Assembly: GCF_009914755.1 (NCBI RefSeq) | Contig: NC_060927.1 | From: the human T2T-CHM13v2.0 reference genome, Homo sapiens | Direction: 5' to 3' (one strand) | DNA: 64,000 nt | Shown: one piece after another, positions 1 to 14,604 of the stretch | Layout of the letters: each line of letters starts with the position of its first letter | How positions within the stretch are numbered: the stretch's first letter is position 1 | Made by a program: the position numbers and the translations under genes | Notes under the pieces: generated by a model | The model's input: only the letters and a program-made list of their open reading frames with translations | Told to the model about the DNA's origin: nothing | Database searches by the model: none

Positions 1-714
<714 letters not shown>

Positions 715-1539
715 ATAATATAATACAGATGAAATAACTCAGAAATGCAAGCACAGCTTCATTCTCAAATGCTATTTTAAATGTAACAAGCATAGTTCGA
801 TTGATTGATGCAAGGAGATAGTAATGGAAGCTCAGCATGACTTTAAAATCAAGCAAATAGATATTAAACCTGGAAAAAAGTAAGAAGATTATTTCCAGAC
901 AACTAAATATTGTATCACAATTCTTCCTCCCAGGAAGCAGTTATATATTAGACTCTCATTTGAACTCATGAGAAGTAATAGGACATCATTTTGTGTTCTT
1001 AGTTTTTCAGAACAAGGCAGGCGGTCTATTCATATAATTTCTGCAACTTAGGAGAATGGATGACACCTGTGACATTCAGACAATCAGAATTGGGCTCTCA
1101 TTAGGGCATGCTGTTTGCTGCTGCCCATGGTTTACTTGATGACTGAGTAAATGATTCACTGGCATCCTGTTGGTAATTTCTGATCAACATGCAGTCCTGA
1201 CTATTTCAGTACATACCAGTAGAATGCATTAACCTCGAAAACAATTCCTTTTTTTCATTAGCTCTCAGACAGGAACTACTTAATTTACACAAAAGATAAG
1301 GTACTGGAAGACTTTAATTATTATTCTTTTTAATCACTGCTGTGGCCTTTATCACTTTTCCCTGATAGAATTTACTTTTTGTAGTGTTTGTTTTTAAAAT
1401 AACAAATGCTTATTTAAAAAAAAAATTTTAACATATTTATATTATGGAAAACATTTTCTTTTAATATATTTTCTTTTTTTATTTTGAGCTGTATTATCTA
1501 TTAAAATAAAACTCAAAATGCAACATTTGTAAACGTTTT

Positions 1540-1632
1540 TAGTATAAAACACTTAACATAAAATGTATCATCTTAACTATTTCTAAGTATACAGTTCGGT
1601 AGTGTTAAGTGTATTTACATTATTGTGCAAGC
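1540..1632 (-). mobile_element. Old L1 (L1MB-like) 3' end fragment
   Basis: aaatgtatcatcttaactatttctaagtatacagttcggtagtgttaagtgtatttacattattgtgcaa resembles the L1M 3' terminus. Confidence 0.6.
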
Positions 1633-1739
1633 TGGATATATTATGTTTTATAAATTCTACATTTTCTAACACTAATCTATTTTGTGGGAGTATTTGTGCA
1701 AATTGTTTTTGATAGATATTTTAGAAGTCTGTATCAACA

Positions 1740-2067
<328 letters not shown>

Positions 2068-2426
2068 TTATTTGAGATATATTTGTATATGAGTATTTTC
2101 AAATTATGACTCAGTATAGGTCACTCTCAATAAACAGTGTACATTAATTACTCCCACATTTACTAGTATAAAATAAGATCACAAAATCTAATCATCAGAT
2201 AAAAAGTAGAGAACTCATCTAGTCTTAGTCTTACCTGGTGAATGAATGAATCTGTCACTACAGCTTTTGTCCTAAGTGATACTAGTAGAATGATTTACTT
2301 GGTGATTTAAACAACATAGTCCCTCAAAATGTTATCTAAGTATATTGCTTGAATTTGAAGGCAAATTCATGTTCTTTTTGAAGGTCTTGGTTCCAGAGAC
2401 TTTAGTAAATAAGGCAGCTCATTTCT

Positions 2427-2734
2427 TTTTTGGTTTGTTTGTTTGTTTGTTTGTTTTTGTTTGAGTCAAGGTCTGGCTCTGCTGCTCAGGTTGGAGTGCA
2501 GTGGTGCGATCTCAGCTACTGCAACCTCCACCTCTTGGGCTGAAGAGATCCTCCTACCTCAGCCTCCTGAGTAGCTGGAACTACAGGTGTGTGCCACCAT
2601 GCCTGGAGAAATTTTGTATTTTGTATTTTGTAGAGAAGGGGTTTCGCCATGTTGCCCAGGCTGATCTAGAACTCCTGGGCTCAAGAGATCTGCCCACCTT
2701 GGCCTCTCAAAGTGCTGGGATTACACGCCCAGCA
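2427..2734 (-). mobile_element. AluJ with (GTTT)n tail and a ~14-bp deletion near its 5' end
   Basis: gatcctcctacctcagcctcc and gttgcccaggctg...ctcctgggctcaag are J-type. ttaca joins directly to cgcccagc. TSD gcagctcatttct at 2414-2426 and 2738-2750. Confidence 0.92.
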
Positions 2735-3220
2735 AGAGCAGCTCATTTCTGCTGAAACCTGCCTCCTTTCTTTTTCCTCTGGTTTTACAGTTTAAAAGCT
2801 ATTCTGGTGTGACAGTCTTTCCTGGCTTTGAAGACTAATATCATCAGTTCTTTTCTAATATCCACATTAAATACCGTTTGTTCCCTCAGTTGTATTTCCA
2901 GAGGGGAACAGATCATTTGGCTTTTTTATTGCTCTCCTCTAGACACGATAAGTTTGTCATTTTTCCATTTAAAGTTTGCTGTCAGCAAGGAAAATATTGT
3001 TACTATCCAGACACTAAGGAGTAGAGTAGGATAATCATATCCATTGTTGAGATAATTTCTTACAGATTCTTGTAATGTAAATCCACATTATCCTATTGAG
3101 AACTAATTGAATACCTCTTAGTGACCATTAAGGCTTAGAAGAGAAAGAAAATTATGGAAAATGTGATAGCTAGTATCATCTTGGTCAAAATTATAAATTG
3201 CTTTAAAAAGTCTTGCTTCT

Positions 3221-3585
3221 ACTTGGATGGAACTGGAGGCCATTATCCTAAGTGAAGCAACTCAGGAATAGAAAACCAAACACCACGTGTTCTGATTTGT
3301 AAGTGGGAGCTAAATTATGGGTACACAAAGGCATACAGAGTGGTATAATGAACTTTGGAGACTCAGAAAGAAGGAGAGTGGGAGAGGAGTAAGGGATAAA
3401 GGAATCATCTATTGGGTACAATGTAACCAATTCAAGTGAGAGGTACACAATAGTCCAGGCTTCACCACTGTGTAATTCATCCATGTAACCAAAAACCACT
3501 TGTATCCCTAAAGTTATTGAAATTTCTTTTTTAAAAAAAGAGAGAATAAAATAAAAATAGAACATCTGGGGTTTGAATCCAGAAA
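3221..3585 (+). mobile_element. 5'-truncated L1 (L1PB3/4- or L1MA-like) 3' end
   Basis: acttggatggaactggaggccattatcctaagtgaa (ORF2 C-terminus), L1PB-type 3'UTR, A-rich tail. Diverged TSD aaaaagtcttgcttct (3205-3220) / aaaaatcttacttct (3586-3600). Confidence 0.85.
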
Positions 3586-3817
3586 AAAAATCTTACTTCT
3601 ATTTAGTTTACCTTGGAGCTCTCAATTACAGAAATCATCTTGAATGAATATACAATTAAATTAGTGCTTAGAAAATAAAACTTATCTACATTTAAAAAGA
3701 TTTCTGAATATAAAATTGAAGTACATTTATTAAATTTTTTTTATAATACAGGAAAACACAAGACACAAAATAACTTCACAAATCACTCATAAACTTAATC
3801 ACAACTGACCATTGTTA

Positions 3818-3869
3818 ACACACACAAACGTGCACATGCATACACACACACAGACACACACACACACAC
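3818..3869. repeat. Imperfect (CA)n microsatellite
   Basis: Seen directly. Confidence 0.9.
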
Positions 3870-4689
3870 TTGTCTATTGTATGAAAGTATACCTTAGGCT
3901 ATTCATTCTCTAGCCTTGTTGCAATACTACAGGATTTCTCTAACTTCTTACAATAGAGTTAAAATTACTATATAGTGTAATTTGAATCTGAATTCATTTT
4001 ACAAAGCCCAGGTAGTCTCTCGCTTGCTGCCAAATATTACTTGGAAACAGGAAAAAAAGTAGCAACAAGAAATAGAAAGTAGATCCTTGTGGTGTGTGTT
4101 GCACTGTATTTATTTAAATGTAGATTATGTTCCTGATTGAGAACTCAACATTAAATCCATCATAGACACAGAACCTGACATTCTAAAGCACAAAAAATTG
4201 TACAATATATATCTTAATTTATATTTGAACTCTGAGACTTAAGACTTAAAAGAAGCTTAAAGGAACAGTATATATATTTACATATGAGAATTGGGAAATG
4301 GTCTTAAATTATGAATGAAGCATGTAGAATATGCCTGAGACTTTTTATAAACTTACCATCATGCTTGTAACAGACACTATTTAAATAAATTTTAATGCCT
4401 TAGGATAATAGCACAATTTTTTGCCAATTATTTAAATAACCTGTAACTCTTAAAAAGAGATATATTGAAAATGTGAAGTAATACCACTTTTTCTCTATTA
4501 TTTATTTTAGCAATCAGAGATATGAAAAATTTTTCTTTTAGCCTTATGGCTTCCTGCAGAATACTGCAGAATTACTTAAAATATGGAAACATCTCATACT
4601 TCACTGGAAAGTTGTAAAACTAATTGCTTGGTCATCTGCTAGAACTTTTCACTAGAAGCATTAGTTAGTGATATGGAAAATGGTTGGAG

Positions 4690-4785
4690 CTTATACTGAT
4701 TTTACTGGCTTAGTTCCTGTGTGACCTTGAGCAATTTACTCAAACTTTTGGGGTTTCCTTTACCCTTGTTTGTAAAAAGTAATCA
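4690..4785 (+). mobile_element. MIR fragment
   Basis: ctgtgtgaccttgagcaatttactcaaac...gtttcc...tgtaaaa MIR core-like. Confidence 0.55.
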
Positions 4786-6048
4786 ATCTGAGTCTCTGAT
4801 ATACAAAGTTCTAGACAATTCACACACCTGTGAATCTACAAAGTAGAGAAGGAACCTTAAAGGCTAGCACAATATACTATCCTATCCACATGTTCAAATT
4901 TGTATTCTAACTTGAAGGGCTTAGAAAATTTTGAGAATACAGAATGTTTGGTTTCTTTGCAAAAGCAAAATGCCTAATGAGAAACTGTTCAATATAGTTT
5001 ACAGTTGCTATACATGTTCTTGCTTTTTGGGGGAAGTAGTACTGTCTAAAAAAGCAAGCTGTCATGTTCGACTCTATAAGATATAATATATGGCCCTGAA
5101 ATTAAGAATATTTTAACATAAAAAATGCATGCATTTTATTTTCATGTAATGTCTATTCTTGATTTTAAATCCTATTAATACTTACTAAAGAAGAATGATA
5201 CAATATCTTCTTTTTATAACATTTTTTACCCAAACAAAACTCCTGTTGTATATATTTGGAGAGTAATTTTAAATGGGAAAAATGATATCAGTAAATCCCA
5301 CTGAGGTGAAAACCCTCTTAAACAGTTGATATCCAAACCTGCAGACTCTCATTAGTAATCTAATTTCATTTTGTATCTTTTGAGATATACTGTACAAATT
5401 AAAGAAGTCAAAATTTTAATGGTGGTTTTATTAAACCATCTTTCATATCACAAAATTTCTTAAATTTAATTTAAAATCATGGTGCAGTAATGTAAAAATT
5501 ATTCCTAATATTGCATTTTAGAGAGTTAGCCTTTGGTTCAATAACAGGGCTTATTCATGCTTACTTATAATAGAAAACCAGATGATTTTCCATTTGTAGT
5601 TTCTGAAGTGTGAACACAAACTGGTATCTGGCAATTGTTTTAAGCTTAATAAAATCACTCTAAAGAAGTATTTTAAAAGATGTGCAATATTAACCATATA
5701 TTTCCTCGGATTATATTTTAATATGTTTCATACAGTCAATATGCATTACTTTGAGCCTGATTTTATAAGATTTTAAAGTTAACCTGGGAAAAAATAAATT
5801 TATTTCATTCTGTACACATCTGGTCAATTGCATTGCTGGCAATTTTCTTAGCAAACTGAACACCATTAATACAGTGTGTCTCATCTATTAATTTAACTCA
5901 GCAAGTAGCTATATTAAGACAGATGTGTGAGCCCATCAAACTGTAAACCTCAAAAGTAGGTGTGACCTTTGTTTGCAGTAGCTCTTGTATCAGAGCCCTA
6001 TTTAGCTTGAACTATTTGTCAAATAATAAAGAAAAAGTGAGAAAAGGG

Positions 6049-6360
6049 CAGAGTTCTCAAACTGATAATCTGTGAGCTGATTCTGTCCATAGATGTGTTT
6101 TTTTGCCTGCATGATTTATCCAGAAAGTGATCTTTCAAAAATTTCCTAGTGAAAGGTTAACCATAAATCATCAGCAGTATGAAGACAGCAGTTGTCACAT
6201 GCTGAGGTTCCCACATGCAAACAATTGGCTGTAACTGAAAACAATTGCCTCCCTTGGAAGGGACATGCTTTCTAGACCACCCTATTTATAAATCCTGATC
6301 GACCCAGTTATATTATAATACTTTCTGGTCCATGGAGGCATCTGCATCTTCTACTCCATG
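6049..6360 (+). mobile_element. MER102-like hAT-Charlie DNA transposon
   Basis: cagagttctcaaactg...agatgtgtttttttgcctgc...ccacatgcaaacaattggctgtaactga...gggacatgctttct...ggaggcatctgcatctt. Confidence 0.6.
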
Positions 6361-8059
6361 GCAACAATTTATTCTGCCTTTATTACTGCTTTTTGAACAT
6401 TGCTTATTAACTTGATGATCTCCTAGTTGTTGGTCTGATTGCCAAATTACCAGGGGCAGAGCATTGCTTATCTTAGGTTTTTCTTATCTAAAACCTGATT
6501 TTTTTTTTCTTTTTTCTGACTTCTTTGCATATGTTCTCAAGATAAAATCATGTCTAAATTCCACCAAACTTTTGTTGTTGTTATCTCCTAACTTTGAGAA
6601 TGGAGAAAGGAAGAAACATACCTCCATTTTCACAGGGATATCTGTTTGAAGGAGAAAATGATAGTAGTGTAATGAAAGAATAGGAAAGAGTGAAGAGGCA
6701 AATGGAAATCTCAAACTTCTTCCTCAACTAACATAGAAAAGATACTGTTCAGATTCTTAGTGGGGAACAACAACCACGGAAATTAGAACTAGAAACTGGG
6801 CTTAAAGAGGCTACAACAAATTAAGTGTGCTGTCAAATATGTCACAAATGGTCTATATATCTCTCAGAAGTTTACAAAGACAACAAAAAAGGGTGCAATA
6901 ATAGACCTCAACTTTAATCATCCTTCCCCTACTTCTCCATTAAAACAATATAAAAATTCACTATTGTTTAAATATATGAGTGATTTATCTTTCTGTATTT
7001 AAAGACAGCTTAATATCAGGCACATTCAGCAAATAATCACACATTCATTTTCATTTTGCATATGGAATAGCAATATGAATATATTAATGTTGAATTCAGT
7101 TCTTCTATATACAAAGTATCAATTACAAAGAGCATTACTGACCTTCCAAAACTTTAGATTTAAAAATCTATATTATTTAAAAGAAATAGGCTCATATATT
7201 CTAGTTGCAGGGTGATCCACTTGAAGGTAAGAGTGATACATTACAGAGGGATATTAAAATTAGCTTCAGGTTTCTGAATTTACCATTAACAGAATAACAA
7301 ATTCTTTTTTTCAAGAAAAGCTAGTTTTCCGATCGTAAGACTTACTCCACAGTCTTACACAAACTGAAATCTGAATTTAACTAGCTAGGAAATGTAGAAG
7401 AGTAGTCTTAAAATATGCTTAGTTTGGACTTGGAGGATAGGTATAATAATTGAATTAGAATCAATTTTATAACTGAACAAAAAATTATTATAAAATTGAA
7501 AAATTCCATTAAATTAAGCTGTGATATGCATTGAATTTAAGCCAAATAAGTTGGAGATGACTAGCAAATAGTGCTTTCATTTTCCTGAATGAATCACTAA
7601 TAAAAACAATTATTTTGAAAAATGTAGCTCTTCAGTTGTTCAGACAGAGCATTTTTAATGTGTTCTAAGGATTTTTAGGCAATATGCACATAACTTCAAC
7701 TCTGAAAACAGTGAAGTTAGGATAATTTACAAGTTTAAAATTACCTCCCTTTTACTCTATGACCCTCCTGTGTTCATATAAAATTGTACATATTTTCCAT
7801 TTGACCTAATTTTGTCATGTTGTAAAAATATCTTTTCTCTACATGGAACAAGCCTTCTGTCCACATGAGAGGTCACAGCAGACCAAGCATATTCTGAGAA
7901 GGACAACTTACTCTTCTTTGTCTTAAATTTTATAGTATCATCACCTCTGTATGATTCTCTACAACTAGAACTAATCACATTGTGCCATTAATTTCTGTCA
8001 ATGTCAATTACCACATAAAAACCAAGATTTCCAGGTCACTATTTCTCTTGTTCTAATCT

Positions 8060-8200
8060 AGTACTTCTAAAATGTGATCATGTATACTCATCACCTGGAG
8101 ACTTGTTAAAACATTTATTCCTGAGATCAACCCCAAGAAGTCCTGATTCAGGAGATGATGCTGAGGCTTCCAGTCCAAGGGCTATGCTTTGAGATTGCTG
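8060..8200. mobile_element. MER5A-like hAT element, internally deleted
   Basis: atcacctggagacttgttaaaac...ctgattcag...gatgatgctgagg...ctttgagattgctg with degenerate TIRs. Confidence 0.7.
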
Positions 8201-8264
8201 TACTCCCTTAAATCTCTGTATATGTCCTATATGACCCCGTTTCACACCCTTCCTCAACCTCTGA

Positions 8265-8365
8265 TTCTCTTTCACTGTGCTCTTTGAAACTCATGGTCTG
8301 TCAACAAAATCTCTAACATTCTCAACTTCTTTGAATGTTTCTTCCATCTTCTTGCTCTGATAACC
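8265..8365 (+). mobile_element. L2 (CR1-group) ORF fragment, N-terminus of the APE endonuclease
   Basis: Reading from 8270 gives FHCAL*NSWSVNKISNILNFFECFFHLLALI, resembling the (W)N-x-x-S...K...I...LLALTE start of L2/CR1 endonucleases. Confidence 0.55.
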
Positions 8366-8611
8366 ATTAAATACTTACTTTGTCAATATATTCAGAAAAG
8401 TGTTATGCTTTTTCAGTATGTACTTTAGAGGCTTTTTCCATTATTTTTTCTTTTAGTAAAATTTTCCTGAATTAAGCAAGTTTATATTTGTTTGGTTATC
8501 TTGCTTTTTTTTTTCCTCAGAGATTGATATTATATGTATCTTGAATCTTCTTCAATTGTTAGTCATTTTTTTCATCTGCTTGTCTCTTTTTCCTTTCCTT
8601 TTTGTCCCCAA

Positions 8612-9120
8612 AACCAGCTTTGTTGAGAAATAATTTGCATATCACACATTTCATCTATTTAAACTATGCAGACTAATGGATTATAGCACATTTACAGATA
8701 TGTGAAACCATCACTATAGTCCATTTTAGAATATTTTAATCTCCTTAAGAGGAAACCCTGTACCCTTGAGCTATTACTCTCCTGTTGTCTATCCCTTGGT
8801 CCTAAGCAGACACTAACCCACCTTCTATCCCTAAAGATTCACTTATTCTGGACTTTATTAAGAGTGAATTATATAATATGTGGGCTTTTATGACTATCTT
8901 ATTTGACTTAGCAAATGTGTTCAAGGTTCATCCAAGTTGTGGCATGAACCAGTAATCCATTCCCATCCCACATAATACTGCATTGTGTAAATATACCACA
9001 TTTACCTTTTTCATTCATCTCTTGAGGAATATTTAGGTTTGTTCTACCTTTTGAATATTATGGATAGTTGTGCTATGAACATTGGTACAGGCTTTTGTGT
9101 GAATGCTCATTTTTCTGTCT
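8612..9120 (-). mobile_element. L1MB-like 3' end
   Basis: cagctttgttgagaaataattt...accatcactatagtccattttagaatatttt...gaaaccctgtacc...ttcaaggttcatccaagttgtggcatg...tgctatgaacatt. Confidence 0.8.
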
Positions 9121-9129
9121 TTTTTGATA

Positions 9130-10200
9130 AAAATCATCTATTTCATCTTTTATTTCTCATAAGACATCATTTCTTATTTACTCTTGTGTTCCCTCTAGTT
9201 TCAATTTTGTTTCTAAAATGAGTTTTTGTTCTATTTCCAATTCTTTCTTGAGTTCTGTCGCTTAATTTCTTCCAACTCTGAATTTTTTTCATTTCTTATT
9301 CTATTTTAGATGCATTTAATGTGTTTAAAATGGTAGATTGTAGTTTTGATATGATTTGTGGATTTTTGTATGTCACTCTGTATGCTATAACTATATGTAG
9401 GGGTATTATTTTCTCTTTTATTCCTATGTAATTTAGCCTTTAGAATATTAAGCATATTTTAGATTTTTTTAATTTTTATTTTTATTTTAAGTTCTAGGGT
9501 ACATGTGCAGGATGTTCTATTTTTAATTGTTCTGTGAATTTCATTTTTCTAAACTTTTAGAGGAAAGTGTAGTTCATGCTAACTTTTGCAACTTCAAAGA
9601 AGTCTGTCTTTTTTCATTTCATATACTGTTCAAAAGTAGCTTGCTCTCTGAATTTTCTGGCTCTATTCCCATTCCTCATCTTTATATGAACCTCTCCTTC
9701 CTTTTGTCTATTGTCCCTGTCTTGATCAATTTTATTTCATGCCCAACAGTTTCCTCTTGGTTTGGGCCCCTGTCTGGGAAGGATTTTAGGAGTTTAAAGG
9801 AGTTACACTGCTCCAGGCCTTTCAAACTTAACCATAAGATATTTACCTAACGCTTACTAGATTTGGGGCTGGAGAAAGGCTACCATTCTTCTTCTGTTGT
9901 GTATTGTGTTTCAGTTATTCAACCTGTGGCTGTTGGGGAGTTCTTCTATTTCCACTTCTGTCAGATGTTCCATTGTGTTCTCAGATTCCTCCTACACATA
10001 TAATGAAACTGTACTGGTCTTGGAGTAGTGGTGGTATTTGTCCCCCACTTGCTTATATTTTAGGATTCATTATTATACTTTATGGCCAACTTTTGTTGTA
10101 GATGTTGTCTACTAATTTTTGGTATCTGGTTTCTCTCTCTGTTGTTTTGTTTTATTATTGTTTGTTTTCTGTGGATTATGAAACATTAAATAACTATGCC
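9130..10200 (-). mobile_element. Highly diverged T-rich L1M/HAL1-like sequence
   Basis: Strong T skew and weak old-L1-like motifs only. Confidence 0.3.
9463..9516 (-). mobile_element. Ultra-short L1PA 3' terminus
   Basis: T tract followed by ttttattttaagttctagggtacatgtgcaggatgt, the reverse of an L1PA 3' end. Confidence 0.7.
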
Positions 10201-11932
10201 GTCATTGACTCATTCCATAATCCAGTTGTTAATTTTTGATGTAGGGGCAAGAATAGCATTTTCAAATTACTAGGTAAAAGAGTTGAATAAGTTGTAGACA
10301 CAATTATAGACAATTGTAGCTATAAAGTTAATAATCTCACAATATAAGAAAAAATACAATCATGTTTTATCAGAATTTTGATTAATTTTGAACTTTGCAG
10401 CATTTTTTATTTTATCTTTTGCTTATAATTAATCTAATAATTCATCAGATTTCATCATATCATGTATTTGTTTAGTATTCTCCATGGCCAGTCTTAACAA
10501 AACTAAACTAATTCTACTTTGTAATGAGTTAATTTTTTCAACATTAGCCATTTCTGATTTAGAATTTAGCATAAATAATTCTCTTTCTTTTTGTTACATG
10601 AAACTACATTTTTGCTCTTTACTAAAATTTATTTAAAATTTTATTTTCAATACTTCTAAAGTAAAACATTTAAGCTAGATTATTTACTTCCTTAACATCC
10701 TTTATTTATTAAATGAAGCTAAAATTCTGCAGTTCTCAACATTTCTTCCCAAATACCACATATGAAGAATAAAATTCCCATGAAAGATACAGTCCTTCTC
10801 TAGATGGTGTTTGAGATGTGAGAGTAATGTTATTTATGGGAATAACCTTGACCAGACTGTAATTCATAAAAAGTGAATCATTCCCACACTGCAGTACTTT
10901 AAATATTGTTTATAACAAATTACCTGTAACACATCCTCATGACTGATTACAATACACCAATTTGTCACTGCTCTGTAGCCAAAAAAACAGTGGATTACAA
11001 CAAGTTGACCTTTTCAATGGCTTTTCTAAAGGATTTGTGCAAATCTTACATTTTAAAGGAAGCTCCTTCTCTGTGTTGTAAAATGTCATCATAATTTGTC
11101 TTCACTGCTGTAGGTATATTTATTTACTCAGGGGAATTACCTTGCCTCAGGAAGAAGATATTTGTTCCTGGCATTCCTTAATTTCACCAGAGAATATACT
11201 TTTACAGAACCATTATTTACTTCATAAACATAAACTTATTAACACACAATTCTCCTCTGGTACCAGAGCAGTCACATATAACTGATGGAGCTACGAGGAT
11301 CTGTTGTCTGAGAAATAATGATATTATAACTAGTTGATATTTTCAGATACTCGTGTTCCCTGACCTCTCTTGATCTTTTAAAAATGCATTGAGATATGTT
11401 TAGGACCTCACTCTATCCATTATTTATTCATTGAAAGGTATAGTTCTAAGGCAAAATTAATTTTAGAAGAAATTTGAAATGGAGAAAGTCTTATTTCCTG
11501 GCTGCCACAGAGCTTGCCATGGGGCAAGGAGAGAATCTATCTGAATGTAGCCTTTTAAAAAATTTACTAATTACATGGCCTCAGCTGTCAAAAATGTCAT
11601 TTTCATTTGTGAGAAACTATTTTTCTTTTGTGGATGATTACCTGTTCATTCTCTATTAGGGCGCTTTTCTTCATATGTGATCAAGTGTCTTCTTTACATT
11701 TCTTTATAAAACAGTGTACCTCCCCAAGTAGGCTTTTGTAAGTACATACAACATAGCTACACGGAAATAGAAAAATGTCTGTTATGTTATATAATGAAAA
11801 CATTGCTATTATAATTATTTGGATTTTATATTAGAAATAGCTGCCTGTTTTTTTAAGCTAATGAAGAAAATAAAGACATGCAAGACCAAATCCCCAGGTA
11901 ATAATGAAGCTTCATTTTATCTATAGCAGTGA

Positions 11933-11956
11933 TTTTTTTTTTTTTTTTTTTTTTTT
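11933..11956. repeat. Poly(T)24
   Basis: Seen directly. Confidence 0.95.
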
Positions 11957-12184
11957 ACCAAGCCTATAATGGAACTTCCAGTCAGCAGTCATATTAAGTT
12001 TATCATCAATTTTTATTGAATGTTTGATGATGGGGTAGAGCAGGTAAAAATAACGCAGCATGTAATGCTCTAAAAAATAAAAACAAATTATCTTGAATTA
12101 TAAAATTAAGATTTATTTCCCAAATAATTTTTCACATTTAAAAAAATTGAATTTAATTGTCAATCACCTTGACCCCATGATCCA

Positions 12185-12620
12185 TGGTTCCAGCTTGCAA
12201 ACTACAGAAATAACTTTGGCTGTATTTACTAAAAAATGAATTTATCAAAAGGATATTAGGTAGCTCAAATAATTGCTAAGATTTAAGAAACTGTAACAGC
12301 CTGATTATGTCCAAAACTATACTGCAGATCTCGTTCAATAAGGGCATCCCTTGACTCTCAGGACCAGGCACCCAAACTTCCAAGTACTTCCACCACCACA
12401 TTGGACCCTGGGTGCTCTGACAGCAGAGTAACCAGTGCTTCCTTTGTAAACTTCTTTCTGCTTTCACCTTCCTGAACTCTAGGAAGTATTCATCATTTTT
12501 CCTAATTCATATATAGGGTGGGCATTTGGATCTGATTGGTAAGATCTGGGTCATACATGCATATGCAATTTGTGAAAGATACTGGGAAAGTGAGTATTTG
12601 GAAATTTTCATCTCTACCGT
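12185..12620 (-). mobile_element. Ancient MaLR LTR (MLT1M/N-like)
   Basis: acagaaataactttggctgtatttactaaaaaatgaatttatcaaaaggatattaggtagctca...tctgattggt...ggtcatacatgc. Confidence 0.5.
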
Positions 12621-13544
12621 TGATATAAGCTTTATCCCCTATGCAGAGTTATCAAGTCCCCAAAATATAGACAGGAGCTTCAGATACTGGTTTACCTACA
12701 AAGAAAAAATCTCCCCTACAAAATTTATCATGTTTTCTGCCAGATGATTATTTTAAACAGTATTTGTTTTCTTTTTCTGTCTGTTTTCCTGGTTTGGATT
12801 CCGCAAATACTAATGAAACTGAACGAGAGCTTGGTTAGCATTCAAAATCTAAAAAATGTCCAAGTAATTTTCTTTAGTATTTCAAACTATTTCTTTGTGT
12901 ATATTTGTGTCTCCGTGTGTGTAGTCAAAAGAGAAAAGTGTAGTAATTTTCAGAAGTTGAATTCCTTAGACTCTCTTTTGACTTCTTTTTAGAACTATAA
13001 GAAGCTCTGCCCTAGTGACAGTTGTCTAGTCATAAAGTAATTACATTGATTCTGACAGATTAATCATCAATCAACGTACCTTTAACAATTGTGAAGAAAA
13101 TGCATTAACTTTTTCAAGTTTCTATCCTGAGCTTGGCCTGAGGGCTCAAGTGATTTAGTACCTTATTTGATTTTCTTTTTCTAAAGTTAAAAAACACAAA
13201 ATATCTTTGATTTTTGCCTTTTATATTCTCTATGTTGCTTCCTGGACTCTGATTTCTGACAAAATGTCAAACAACTGAGGAGGAAGGCTTATTAAATGTT
13301 GCCTTTAATGCCCTGCCACCTGGAGGTGATTCTGGTTCTGGTTCAAATCCAGACTTCTGCCAGGATTTGGAAAAGCTGCTATTTGGCCTTGGGTCATACT
13401 CAAGCTGTGTATACTCAAAAACCTCAGAAAGTTTTGAAAATGGAATATAGGGTTCAATCAGTAATAAAGGCCTTCAGTATGTTTCACTGTTGTCTGAGAA
13501 AACTGACTGTAACCATCTTAGTTCACTACCAAATATTTTAATCT

Positions 13545-14040
13545 AAAAGACACTTACAAACAGAAATGTGTTTATTTATCCATAAAATATATTCATAAGA
13601 ATGTTCATAAGAACACCATTCCTAATGTCCAGAACTGGAGAAAACCCAGGAGTCCATCAACAGGGTAATGGATAAATAAATTATGTCATAGTTAATAAAA
13701 CAAAACACTAAATAGCAATGAGAATGAATGAATGACTGCTATAACAGGAATGTAGAATAATAATAAAAAAATTTTATTAAGAGAAAGAGGTGAGGCATAA
13801 ATAATATTATTTTTTGATAGGCAAAACCATCTATTACTAATAGAATTAATGATATTGGTTATTATTACATGAGGAATAGTGATTGGAAGTAAATACAAGG
13901 GAGATTTAGTTACCTGTAATGTTATATTTTTTGATGCAGGTGCTATTTTCATGGGTATGCTCACTTAGTACAAAGTGTTTGAGTTGAACTCATAATTTTG
14001 TACTCTTTTAGTTGTATGCTATACTTCAGTAAAAGTTAAA
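13545..14040 (+). mobile_element. L1ME/L1MC-like 3' end
   Basis: agaatgttcata...aactgga...aaccca...gtccatcaacagggtaatggataaataaatt...tgtatgctatacttcagtaaaagttaaa. Confidence 0.7.
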
Positions 14041-14604
14041 TATATAATTCATTAAACTCTAAATCATTCATATTGATAAATTTGAATATTGTTTTTACTC
14101 TAAAGATGTGTTACTACTTCCTAAATCAGAGTAACTTAAAAGTTTCTGTTTTTTTTTTAAGAGACTGAATATCGATTTTGATTGCCCTGACTGAGCACCA
14201 CTCCCATGCTCTATTTATGAGAAATTCACTTAGCTCTCTTACTGGATAGGTATCTAGTAATGAACTGTAAGTAAATCACCTGTGAATGGCATTATTTTAA
14301 AATGAAATAATGTACCACAAACAGTGTTATTTGGATCTCATAGAAGAATGAAAGACATGCTGTTTGAGAAATAGTTAATACTATGATAATGCAAATGTGT
14401 ATGTCTCCTGCACTAGCTCTTAATTCAAATTTTCTATGTTTACTCATGTAAATGCCTAATATTGTCATCAGCCTACTTAACTAGCCCTTGCTTATATTTT
14501 ATTTGAATACAAAGAAATACTGAACTCCTAATATGTGTGTTGTTACAACATTCAGCATCTCTCCAATTATATTCCTTTCATAACTCACTGCACTATATTA
14601 ACTG

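Noticed and set aside
7757-7978. Minus-strand exon ending at a GTAAGT donor near 7910
   Set aside because: No convincing upstream acceptor and the peptide is unrecognisable.
11933-11956. Tail-only retrotransposition event or processed pseudogene
   Set aside because: No TSD and no adjacent element body or mRNA-like sequence.
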